A DNA stretch of 64,000 nucleotides from an uncultured virus (IMG/VR IMGVR_UViG_3300023108_000017) (lineage: Duplodnaviria; Heunggongvirae; Uroviricota; Caudoviricetes), in IMG/VR virus record IMGVR_UViG_3300023108_000017. One strand, written 5' to 3'. The translations under genes and the position numbers were made by a program. The notes beneath the pieces are model-generated. The model was given only the letters and a program-made list of their open reading frames with translations. It did not search any database and was not told the DNA's origin. Below, one piece after another: positions 1-7,620 of the stretch; the first letter of the stretch is position 1, and every line of letters begins with the position of its first letter.

Positions 1-30
1 ACGCTCTAGCTAATCTAGGATTATTGTGGT

Positions 31-471
31 ATGAAATCAACAAAATGGGATAAGCGTTTCCTTGAATTAGCCAAACTATGCGGATCGTGGTCGAAAGACC
101 CGTCAACTCAAGTGGGTGCTGTGATAGTAGATGGTAATAATAGAATTGTATCTATTGGTTTTAACGGTTTTCCACAAGGCGTTGAAGATTCTGAAGAAAG
201 ACTAGTTGACAGAGAGAGAAAATATGATATAATAGTACACGCAGAGGCGAATGCTCTGATGTTTGCAAACAAATCTGTAGAAGGATGTACTTTATACACT
301 TGGCCGTTTCAACCTTGCTCTAGATGTGCTGGTTTAATTATACAGTCTGGTATAACTAGAGTGGTTTCGGTAGTACATAGCGATGATCGTTGGAAAAAAA
401 ATTTCGAAATTTCTTGCCAATTACTCAAAGAAGCTGGTATAACATTAAAGGAATACGAGAGTGAAGAGTAG
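31..471 (+). CDS. dCMP deaminase (zinc-dependent)
   Basis: N-terminal SKDPSTQVGAVIV, then GFNGFP, HAEANA and PCSRC motifs of the dCMP deaminase/ComEB family. Confidence 0.93.
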   Translation: MKSTKWDKRFLELAKLCGSWSKDPSTQVGAVIVDGNNRIVSIGFNGFPQGVEDSEERLVDRERKYDIIVHAEANALMFANKSVEGCTLYTWPFQPCSRCAGLIIQSGITRVVSVVHSDDRWKKNFEISCQLLKEAGITLKEYESEE

Positions 472-655
472 GCAGGAACAAATAGAAGATCTGGTTCAGG
501 AATGTTATCTTGTACACCAAGAGTCTATAATAGTTCAGTTGATAGTTAAGCTAGAAGAAGAATACAGAGAGATAGCAACATTATCAACAATGGGAGAGTA
601 TGAAAAAGATTGGACGCATCAACAAGTGTTAGATTTTATAACTTTTGAAACATAG
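461..655 (+). CDS. hypothetical protein
   Basis: GTG start overlapping the upstream gene; fills the gap in a tightly packed operon. Confidence 0.6.
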   Translation: MKSRQEQIEDLVQECYLVHQESIIVQLIVKLEEEYREIATLSTMGEYEKDWTHQQVLDFITFET

Positions 656-664
656 GAGATATCT

Positions 665-838
665 ATGCCGACAGTAGAGGAAATGGCTCAAGCACACCTT
701 GGCAACGTACAAAAAGCTATAGGTGAATTAGAAGCACAAAAAAAACAGATTGAAGAAGAAATTAATAAGCTTGTTGCTTATTTAAATGAAGGTTCATCCG
801 TTTTGACTAATAGTGAAATAACAAGCGAACAAAATTAA
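665..838 (+). CDS. small coiled-coil hypothetical protein (57 aa, absent from ORF track)
   Basis: AGGAG at 654-658, ATG 665, TAA 836-838; MPTVEEMAQAHLGNVQKAIGELEAQKKQIEEEINKLVAYLNEG... Confidence 0.8.
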   Translation: MPTVEEMAQAHLGNVQKAIGELEAQKKQIEEEINKLVAYLNEGSSVLTNSEITSEQN

Positions 839-849
839 AGGAGAGCTTT

Positions 850-1167
850 ATGAATTCTACACAGTTTTTTGATAAGTTAGACAATATTGCATGTTCATAT
901 AAGTGGACAGTTAATAAGAACAAGGTTAATGCCACAATTCAAAGTGGACCAAATGTTGGCACTACTTTGAATCCAATTACTGCATTGGCTCATAAGTCTG
1001 GATTTGGTATTTTTGAAAACACAAGAGATGGTGCTGAATGTGCCGCTAGCTTGCTTGGAATCCCAAGAGATCTTGCTAGACAATTATACAGTGCTACTAT
1101 TGGCAATAAAAATAGAGGAAGTGTTCAAGTTTTTCGTGGTAGAATTCGTTCAGCTTTGGAGGTTTAA
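850..1167 (+). CDS. hypothetical protein
   Basis: AAGGAG RBS upstream; abuts ssb. Confidence 0.8.
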   Translation: MNSTQFFDKLDNIACSYKWTVNKNKVNATIQSGPNVGTTLNPITALAHKSGFGIFENTRDGAECAASLLGIPRDLARQLYSATIGNKNRGSVQVFRGRIRSALEV

Positions 1168-1500
1168 ATGAATATTAATACTTGGCTAGGTTGTGGCCGT
1201 CTAACTAAGGATGCAGACTTTTCTGTGACGCAGAAGGGTACATCTATGTCAAAGTTTCGCATGGCGGTAAATGACCGCAGAAACGATGAAACTCTTTATC
1301 TTAATGTCTTATGCTTTGGTAAAATGGCTGAAGCGCTCAAAGATCACCTAACAAGAGGAAGACTTGTAGGTGTTCAGGGTAAGATTAAGATTGATGATTA
1401 TCAGGACAAGGAAGGCAATCAAAGAAATTCTGTTTGCGTTATGGCAGATGAAATTTCACTTGGTCCAAATGGGGCAACCACAAAGTCTGAAGCGTCTTGA
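1168..1500 (+). CDS. ssb: single-stranded DNA-binding protein (short, no acidic tail)
   Basis: GRLTKD, FRMAVN, VLCFGKMAE, RGRLVGVQGKI and YQDKEG motifs of the SSB OB-fold. Confidence 0.92.
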   Translation: MNINTWLGCGRLTKDADFSVTQKGTSMSKFRMAVNDRRNDETLYLNVLCFGKMAEALKDHLTRGRLVGVQGKIKIDDYQDKEGNQRNSVCVMADEISLGPNGATTKSEAS

Positions 1501-1525
1501 AGGTTTGTTGGATGAAGAAAGGACG

Positions 1526-1561
1526 AATAGCCCGATAGGAAACTGTCGGGCTATTTTTTTA
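1526..1561 (+). terminator. Rho-independent terminator
   Basis: AATAGCCCGATAG-GAAA-CTGTCGGGCTATT stem-loop followed by a T run. Confidence 0.9.
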
Positions 1562-1572
1562 AGAAATGGCAC

Positions 1573-1600
1573 TTGACTTGCCGATAGAAAGTGGTATACT
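1573..1600 (+). promoter_or_regulatory. sigma70-type promoter
   Basis: TTGACT-16 nt-TATACT with a TG extended -10, just after a terminator and before an AAGGAG RBS. Confidence 0.7.
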
Positions 1601-1621
1601 CTTAGGTAAAGGAGAACCACA

Positions 1622-2056
1622 ATGGGACATGAGCATTCTTTAGTAGATGAATTTTTAGCAATTGGCTTCGTCTGTATTTTTTTATACCATCTAAATCAAG
1701 CTATGCAAAAAGCATCTGGCATCGATTGGGATAATATTGAATTATTTAGGATAACAGACATTTACGCAAAAGATTGTGAATTAAAAACAAATCAAAGCAC
1801 TGTCGATAACAGTCGTACAGAAACCAAAAAACGCCAGACACAGAACAAAAAGAAAAAAACACAGAAAAAGAAAAAGCAAAAAAAGCCAGAAGAAAGAAAT
1901 AGCAATGGCTATACAGCTTTACAGCAAGATTGTTTTGATGCTCTATCAGCGCTGGGGTTTAAATACAAGAAAGAAAAACAGTTCATTTTGAATAAAACTT
2001 TTAATGAACATAAGCCCGCAACTGTTGAAGAGTTCATAAGCTTGGTGTTTAAATGA
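1622..2056 (+). CDS. hypothetical protein (N-terminal hydrophobic segment, Lys-rich linker, small helical C-terminal domain)
   Basis: strong RBS; ORF track. Confidence 0.7.
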   Translation: MGHEHSLVDEFLAIGFVCIFLYHLNQAMQKASGIDWDNIELFRITDIYAKDCELKTNQSTVDNSRTETKKRQTQNKKKKTQKKKKQKKPEERNSNGYTALQQDCFDALSALGFKYKKEKQFILNKTFNEHKPATVEEFISLVFK

Positions 2057-2466
2057 AAATACAGAAACAGTCTATAGTCATAGCTAATTCTATGTTAGAA
2101 AAAGCAAAGAGAAGTAGGATTTCAAAAAATAAATTTTTTCACTTCGCTTTTGCTTTCAAGAAAAGTAAGCTTATAGCTATAGGTCAAAATAATCCAGAAA
2201 AAACTAATGCAAGAGCTTTCAGAATAGCAAAACATTTTGGAATTAAATTGCATTATCCATATCTTCACGCAGAAACTGATTTAATATCTAAGCTTATAAC
2301 TGGATCACACGCAGATGATTCCATATCTCTTGTCATAATAAGACTTAATAAAAATGGGCAGCTAAGAAACAGCAAGCCATGCAAAAGATGTAGTCATATA
2401 TTAAATGCTTTGAATTTTAATAAGGTTTACTGGAGTACTGATTATGGTTTCAGGAAATTTAAGTAA
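2053..2466 (+). CDS. cytidine/deoxycytidylate deaminase-fold protein (second, divergent)
   Basis: LHAETD and SKPCKRC zinc-binding motifs; IAIGQN strand. Confidence 0.85.
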   Translation: MKIQKQSIVIANSMLEKAKRSRISKNKFFHFAFAFKKSKLIAIGQNNPEKTNARAFRIAKHFGIKLHYPYLHAETDLISKLITGSHADDSISLVIIRLNKNGQLRNSKPCKRCSHILNALNFNKVYWSTDYGFRKFK

Positions 2467-2467
2467 C

Positions 2468-2980
2468 ATGAGAACGTATCTTATCGGCGCTATGGATAGA
2501 GTGCCAGATGGCGGCGCTGGATGGAGAGACTTTATCACTCCAAAATTAAAAGAAATGAATATTAAAGTTCTTGATCCATGCAAAAAGCCAATAGAGAGCG
2601 CCAAGGAAGACGTTAACACTAGGCAGCAAATCGAACACTATAAAGAAACTGGCCAATTTGAAAAAATTAGAAATAAATTTGGACACATCAGAAATGCTGA
2701 TTTAAGATGCGTAGATGTTTCAGACTTTGTGATTGCACAAATTGACATGAATGTACATATGTGCGGATCTTATGAAGAAATTGTTACAGCTAATAGGCAA
2801 AAAAAACCGATACTAGTATGGTGCAAACAAGGAAAGCACCAAGCACCGAACTGGTTGTTTTTTATGATACCGCACGAACAAATATTCAGCAGCATGGAAG
2901 AATTGTTGTCTTACTTAGAAAGCATAAACAGAAGACAAAACATAAAAGATCTAAAAAGATGGTTTTTTATAGGAGAATGA
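2468..2980 (+). CDS. nucleoside 2-deoxyribosyltransferase / dNMP N-glycosidase-like protein
   Basis: YLIGAM..., WR, VLDP, D..CVDVSDFVIA, GSYEE and KPIL pattern; likely start is ATG 2468, just after the upstream stop. Confidence 0.75.
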   Translation: MRTYLIGAMDRVPDGGAGWRDFITPKLKEMNIKVLDPCKKPIESAKEDVNTRQQIEHYKETGQFEKIRNKFGHIRNADLRCVDVSDFVIAQIDMNVHMCGSYEEIVTANRQKKPILVWCKQGKHQAPNWLFFMIPHEQIFSSMEELLSYLESINRRQNIKDLKRWFFIGE

Positions 2981-2981
2981 A

Positions 2982-3659
2982 ATGAAATTAGAAAATATAA
3001 CGCTTATAGCAATAGCTGGAAGACCCCAAGATATAGAGCAGAACAAAAAAGTTCTTAGACATTGCACAAGTCTTATAGATTTTGAAAAAGTTATTCTATT
3101 ATCATGCGAAGACGACAAAGAATTTGAAACGAAAAACATTGGTCTCCTAGATACCGCTATGCATTCACGCTTCTGTGTAGAAAGTTTAACAGACTTTGTA
3201 TCAACTGACTATTGCCTAGTAGTTCAACCTGACGGCTTTGTTATCAATACAAGTATGTGGTCTGAGGATTTTTTAAACTATGATTACATAGGCGCTCCTT
3301 GGCCCAGTTATGGATTTGCTGTTGGTAATGGTGGATTTTCATTGAGAAGTAAAAAATTTCTAGAAACATCCTCTAAGATTAAATATTTTAGCGATGCCCA
3401 TTTAAGGGCTGGTCTAACTCCTTTTCATTTTATACATGGACACGTTGTGCCAGAAGACTGGTTTTTATGTGTCAATAAACGACAAGAATTAGAAGAAAAT
3501 GGAATAGCATTTCCAACTGCCGAATTAGCATACAAGTTTTCTATAGAGTATAGCCACCCAAAATTTACGCCGATGTTTAATTCAGAAGATATAAACTCTT
3601 ATAATTCTTTTGGTTTTCACGGTAACTTTAACAGAGCGGCAATGGAGTTAATCAAATGA
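2982..3659 (+). CDS. DUF5672-like putative glycosyltransferase (GT-A fold)
   Basis: LVVQPDGFV, YDYIGAPW, VGNGGFSLRSKK, EDWF and FGFH motifs. Confidence 0.8.
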   Translation: MKLENITLIAIAGRPQDIEQNKKVLRHCTSLIDFEKVILLSCEDDKEFETKNIGLLDTAMHSRFCVESLTDFVSTDYCLVVQPDGFVINTSMWSEDFLNYDYIGAPWPSYGFAVGNGGFSLRSKKFLETSSKIKYFSDAHLRAGLTPFHFIHGHVVPEDWFLCVNKRQELEENGIAFPTAELAYKFSIEYSHPKFTPMFNSEDINSYNSFGFHGNFNRAAMELIK

Positions 3660-4756
3660 ACGCAATAAACATAATATCACCAATTAATAAGCTAGGATAT
3701 GGAATATCAGGTCTAAACATAGTAAAAACTTTATCAAGTTTGTATGACGTTTCTTTATTCCCCATCGGGCCTATAGATCTTGATAGTCAAGAGGACGCCG
3801 ACATAATTAAACAATGTATAATGAATTCTTATATGCCAGATTTTTCAGCACCATGCATAAGAATATGGCATCAGCACGATATGGCGCAATTTGTAGGAAA
3901 AGGTCCAAGAATAGGATTTCCATTCTTTGAATTAGATGTTTTCACCGAACACGAAAAACATCATCTAAACAGTTTAGACTTTATATTTGTTTCTTCAGGT
4001 TGGGCAAAAAGTATATGCGAAAAAGAGTTAAAATTGAATCCAGAAAATATTCTCGTTGTGCCACTTGGAGTAAATACTGATATATTTCAAAAATCAGAAT
4101 CAAGTAAAAATAAAAATACAGTGTTCTTTAATTGTGGAAAATGGGAGGTTAGAAAAGGACACGACGTTATACCGCAAATGTTTAATAAAGCGTTTACACC
4201 AGAAGATGATGTTGAATTATGGATGATGTGTGAAAATCCATTCCTTACAGAGAATGAACAGTTAAAGTGGCAAGACGTTTATAAACAAACAAAACTGGGC
4301 GATAAAATAAAGTTTATACCAAGGGTGAATACATCTCAAGAAGTGTATAATATTATGAGTCAAATAGATTGTGGCATCTTTCCCTCAAGGGCAGAAGGGT
4401 GGAACCTAGAGCTGCTAGAAGTACTTGCTTGTGGGAAGAAGGTTATTACTACTAATAATTCTGCACATACAGAGTACTGCAATAAAGATAATTCTATTTT
4501 AATAGATACTCCAGAACTAGAAATTGCTGTTGATGGTAAATTTTTTAAAGGATTTGGTCAATGGAGTTCGATAACACAAAAGAACATAGATCAGTTCTCA
4601 GAAGCAATGAAAACTATTCACTTGAAAAAACAGTCTGGAAACCTTACAATTAACGAACAGGGAGTCAGAACGGCTCAAAGCTTCAACTGGAATAACACTA
4701 GCAGAAAGATTCAAACACATGTTCAATTTATTCAAAAGAAAGAACAAGCAAGCTGA
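3656..4756 (+). CDS. GT-B (GT4-like) glycosyltransferase
   Basis: VVPLGVNTDIF, GKWEVRKG and FPSRAEGWNLELLEVLACG (E-x7-E) motifs. Confidence 0.9.
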   Translation: MNAINIISPINKLGYGISGLNIVKTLSSLYDVSLFPIGPIDLDSQEDADIIKQCIMNSYMPDFSAPCIRIWHQHDMAQFVGKGPRIGFPFFELDVFTEHEKHHLNSLDFIFVSSGWAKSICEKELKLNPENILVVPLGVNTDIFQKSESSKNKNTVFFNCGKWEVRKGHDVIPQMFNKAFTPEDDVELWMMCENPFLTENEQLKWQDVYKQTKLGDKIKFIPRVNTSQEVYNIMSQIDCGIFPSRAEGWNLELLEVLACGKKVITTNNSAHTEYCNKDNSILIDTPELEIAVDGKFFKGFGQWSSITQKNIDQFSEAMKTIHLKKQSGNLTINEQGVRTAQSFNWNNTSRKIQTHVQFIQKKEQAS

Positions 4757-5084
4757 TGAAAACACAAGTATTTCTGCGCAAATAACATTAACAATCAGCG
4801 ATATGCATGAAATACAACCAACATTAAACGTATATATCAAAGATTATAGTGATGATAGTATATTGTCTTTATGCTCATTAGTTCAGCTTTTTGGGGCAAA
4901 AGATTCAAAGAGCGAGGCGTTAGACATAATAAAAACTTTTTTTCAGAGAGATGGTGAAGGCGAAGCTTTTGAAAAAGTAACTAACATCATTACGTTTATT
5001 GATAACTCTGGCCAAAAAGTTGGAGAAATACAATCCCCGTGCATTAAACCTTCGGATCTAATGAAATATGAGTCAAAAATTTAA
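4719..5084 (+). CDS. hypothetical protein
   Basis: ORF track; overlaps both neighbours as in an operon. Confidence 0.7.
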   Translation: MFNLFKRKNKQADENTSISAQITLTISDMHEIQPTLNVYIKDYSDDSILSLCSLVQLFGAKDSKSEALDIIKTFFQRDGEGEAFEKVTNIITFIDNSGQKVGEIQSPCIKPSDLMKYESKI

Positions 5085-5529
5085 GAAGAAAATAGGCTGG
5101 CAAAAGTACGAAACGTTACTAGAAGAACAGTTGTCGTCTAACTTCTTGTTAAATCTATTAAGCAAACACAAGCTACACGTTGAGGATGTAGAAGAATACG
5201 ACAGCGATATTGTTGATGATAAAGACGAAGAAGATTCTTCTTCAGAAGCATTCATGATACCGATAACTAGCAAATTAATAGAAGAAGCCAACATTATACA
5301 AAATTTTGATTGCTGGATTGGTCATACAAATTTTGACATAACTCAAGATATTAAAGATAGCCTTGATACCATACAAGGCGTAGAGCTTATGAATATAATG
5401 AGTAGATATAGATTTTTTATAGGAATTGGAAGGATGTTTGAGTTTAAAAATGTTCGTAGATTGATAGAAAACACTTTGATAAAGGAGAATTTTGAAAATG
5501 AAAACCATGAACATAAATCAGAGAATTGA
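5068..5529 (+). CDS. hypothetical protein
   Basis: ORF track; acidic linker and a folded-looking C-terminus (CWIGHTNFDIT...SRYRFFIGIG). Confidence 0.75.
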   Translation: MSQKFKKKIGWQKYETLLEEQLSSNFLLNLLSKHKLHVEDVEEYDSDIVDDKDEEDSSSEAFMIPITSKLIEEANIIQNFDCWIGHTNFDITQDIKDSLDTIQGVELMNIMSRYRFFIGIGRMFEFKNVRRLIENTLIKENFENENHEHKSEN

Positions 5530-5977
5530 AAAAGCTTTAAAAGACCAAGACGTTGTTAAAATAATGAACAAGGCGTGTCAAAGCTTTTCGAGGCAATTGG
5601 ACCAAGACACAATCTACACATGTAAAATAAACGCGCTGTGGAAGTCTTTGGTTAACTACAACCCGTCAAAAAACACAAAGTTTACCACATATTTGTACAA
5701 GGGTGTTTTGATTGAGTGCTTGAAATCTATCAAGTTTGAAAACAAGGGTAAATTCGTCAAAAAAATATTACATGAAAATATACCTTCAAAATCTAATGAC
5801 AACATTCTAATAGAATTGGTAGACATACTAGACAGCGACGAGGATAAGCAGCTACTTATAGATAAATATATGAACAAAACTATTCAGGAAATGTCAGAAA
5901 GTAGATCTTATAGCCGTGAAACAGTCAGAAAAAAGCTAAAAAAAATCTACCACAAAATCAAAAAAGAATCTGAATAG
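5492..5977 (+). CDS. phage RNA polymerase sigma factor-like protein
   Basis: region 2-like ALWKSLVNYNPSKNTKFTTYLY and region 4-like HTH KTIQEMSESRSYSRETVRKKL. Confidence 0.75.
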   Translation: MKMKTMNINQRIEKALKDQDVVKIMNKACQSFSRQLDQDTIYTCKINALWKSLVNYNPSKNTKFTTYLYKGVLIECLKSIKFENKGKFVKKILHENIPSKSNDNILIELVDILDSDEDKQLLIDKYMNKTIQEMSESRSYSRETVRKKLKKIYHKIKKESE

Positions 5978-5987
5978 TGTATATTAT
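5977..5987 (+). promoter_or_regulatory. candidate late promoter GTGTATATTAT
   Basis: intergenic, ahead of a structural/lysis block; a similar motif lies in the intergenic gap at 46931-46916 (-). Confidence 0.45.
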
Positions 5988-6047
5988 GCTAGGAGAGGAT
6001 TATTAAAGGACAAGGAAATGATTTAGTTCCAAAAAATGGAGATTATT

Positions 6048-6713
6048 ATGGCTACGGTTCAAGTTCAAGTTTTAGATGGAGCATCAACTTCAGCAACCAC
6101 TGAAAATAATGGTGGAACAGTTGTAAATGGTGGGAATATTCCAGCTGGAAGTCCAATGACTAACAATAGAAGCTTAGTAGATGTTGCTGACGGCGGTGAC
6201 GAATACGGCTCAGTAGTAGTAAAAAGAAATTTCCCCTCTAGTAAAGATTTTCGCGGCGCAATCGAAGCCAAAGGTCTAAACAATGGCACTTTTGCTTTTT
6301 ATCCTAACGCCCAAGAAGGAGAAAGAAATTTCTTGATTCGCGGAGTTGGTACGGCTGACGGAAACAATAAAATTAATAATTCTGCAAGTTCTGTAGTGGC
6401 CATGCCAGCCTCAGAGGTTGGATTGAGAAGTGTAAGCCCAATTCACCTGACCGTTTCAAGCGTACAGCTTGGTGAAGATGACGCTTCCTTTGATGTTCTA
6501 GCCAGACCTTCAACAGCAATGGTTCCGGGTAGAACAAAGGGTACAGATGCTGGTGCTGCATCAACATTTGTGAATCCTGAAGATGGCACTCCAGCAGTTG
6601 CTACGGAAATTCTTCCAAGCAGAGCAGTTCCGGGCGAACTAACCTATCATTTTGGTGGATTGGCAGCGCCAACAACTGACGAGTACAAAGCAAGAGATAG
6701 CTACGAAGCATAA
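6048..6713 (+). CDS. hypothetical protein, probably abundant virion component
   Basis: GGAG RBS at 6038-6041; Ala/Gly/Thr/Ser-rich; bracketed by a candidate promoter and a hairpin. Confidence 0.6.
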   Translation: MATVQVQVLDGASTSATTENNGGTVVNGGNIPAGSPMTNNRSLVDVADGGDEYGSVVVKRNFPSSKDFRGAIEAKGLNNGTFAFYPNAQEGERNFLIRGVGTADGNNKINNSASSVVAMPASEVGLRSVSPIHLTVSSVQLGEDDASFDVLARPSTAMVPGRTKGTDAGAASTFVNPEDGTPAVATEILPSRAVPGELTYHFGGLAAPTTDEYKARDSYEA

Positions 6714-6735
6714 TTAATTATATATTCTAGCTTAC

Positions 6736-6775
6736 GGAAAGCACTCCTAGTGGGTGCTTTCCACTCTTTCTTTCT
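6736..6775 (+). terminator. probable terminator hairpin
   Basis: GGAAAGCACTC-CTAGT-GGGTGCTTTCC followed by a pyrimidine-rich tract. Confidence 0.65.
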
Positions 6776-6792
6776 ACTTGGAGATTCTCACT

Positions 6793-7389
6793 GTGACCGA
6801 AATCAATCCAGAAATAATAGCAATTATCGTTGGATCAATTGGTAGTGTAATTGGATTCTTTACTTTTCTCTGGAAGAGGTTTGTCAAACCGCTTGTAAAA
6901 CTCGTTAAAAATCACGATGTTTTTATCAAGTCTGTGGATGATCTACGCCTTTTAATAGAAAAAGAATTACAAACAAATGGTGGAAATAGTATAAAAGATG
7001 CTATTATAGACATGAGAGCCACCTGTAGCAGAATAGAAGGAAGACAAAAAGTAATTATACAACGAACAAAAGCCGCTTTACATTACAGTAACGTTGCTTT
7101 GTTTGAGACAGACGCAGAAGGTAGATTGGTCTGGTGTAACGCAATGATGCAAGATTACACCAAAGACATAGTAAGTAGTATAGAGGGTTTTGACTGGATT
7201 AATCTTTTCGCAGAAGAAGAAAGAGAAGAAGTGCAAGCAGAATTCTTTTCTTGCTTAAAAATGAATAGAAGGTTTAACAAAACCACAAGACTTCAAAACA
7301 ATACAACGGTTAGGCTTATTGGCTACCCGTATAGGATTTCCGATAGTGAGCATGGCGGCTTTTTAATCAGTTTACAAGAAGAGGTATAA
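6793..7389 (+). CDS. membrane-anchored PAS-domain protein
   Basis: GGAG plus GTG 6793; TM IIAIIVGSIGSVIGFFTFLW; coiled segment; PAS pattern ALFETDAEGRLVWCN...IEGFDWINLFAEEEREEV. Confidence 0.7.
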   Translation: MTEINPEIIAIIVGSIGSVIGFFTFLWKRFVKPLVKLVKNHDVFIKSVDDLRLLIEKELQTNGGNSIKDAIIDMRATCSRIEGRQKVIIQRTKAALHYSNVALFETDAEGRLVWCNAMMQDYTKDIVSSIEGFDWINLFAEEEREEVQAEFFSCLKMNRRFNKTTRLQNNTTVRLIGYPYRISDSEHGGFLISLQEEV

Positions 7390-7391
7390 CA

Positions 7392-7616
7392 ATGGCTGAT
7401 ACAGACAATAATTCACCGGCTTTTAGTTTGAATGTTACAGACGTTCTTGAAATCAGTAAAAACACCGCACTTGTTGCTTTGGCTGCTGGTTTAACATATT
7501 TAGGCGAAAATTTAGCAGACCTAGATTTAGGTAATCTGGGCGTTATGTTTGTTCCAATCGCGGCAGTTGTTATTAATACTATCGTAAAGTGGGCCAAAAA
7601 TAACGTACCGGAGTAA
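7392..7616 (+). CDS. holin-like small membrane protein
   Basis: 74 aa with two hydrophobic helices and a basic C-terminal KWAKNN; GAGGT RBS. Confidence 0.55.
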   Translation: MADTDNNSPAFSLNVTDVLEISKNTALVALAAGLTYLGENLADLDLGNLGVMFVPIAAVVINTIVKWAKNNVPE

Positions 7617-7620
7617 AAAA

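Noticed and set aside
1370..1576. 68-aa ORF overlapping the end of ssb
   Set aside because: Out of frame with ssb and runs through a clear terminator.
6754..6792. N-terminal extension of the PAS protein given by the ORF track
   Set aside because: The start lies inside the terminator hairpin; GTG 6793 has a GGAG RBS.
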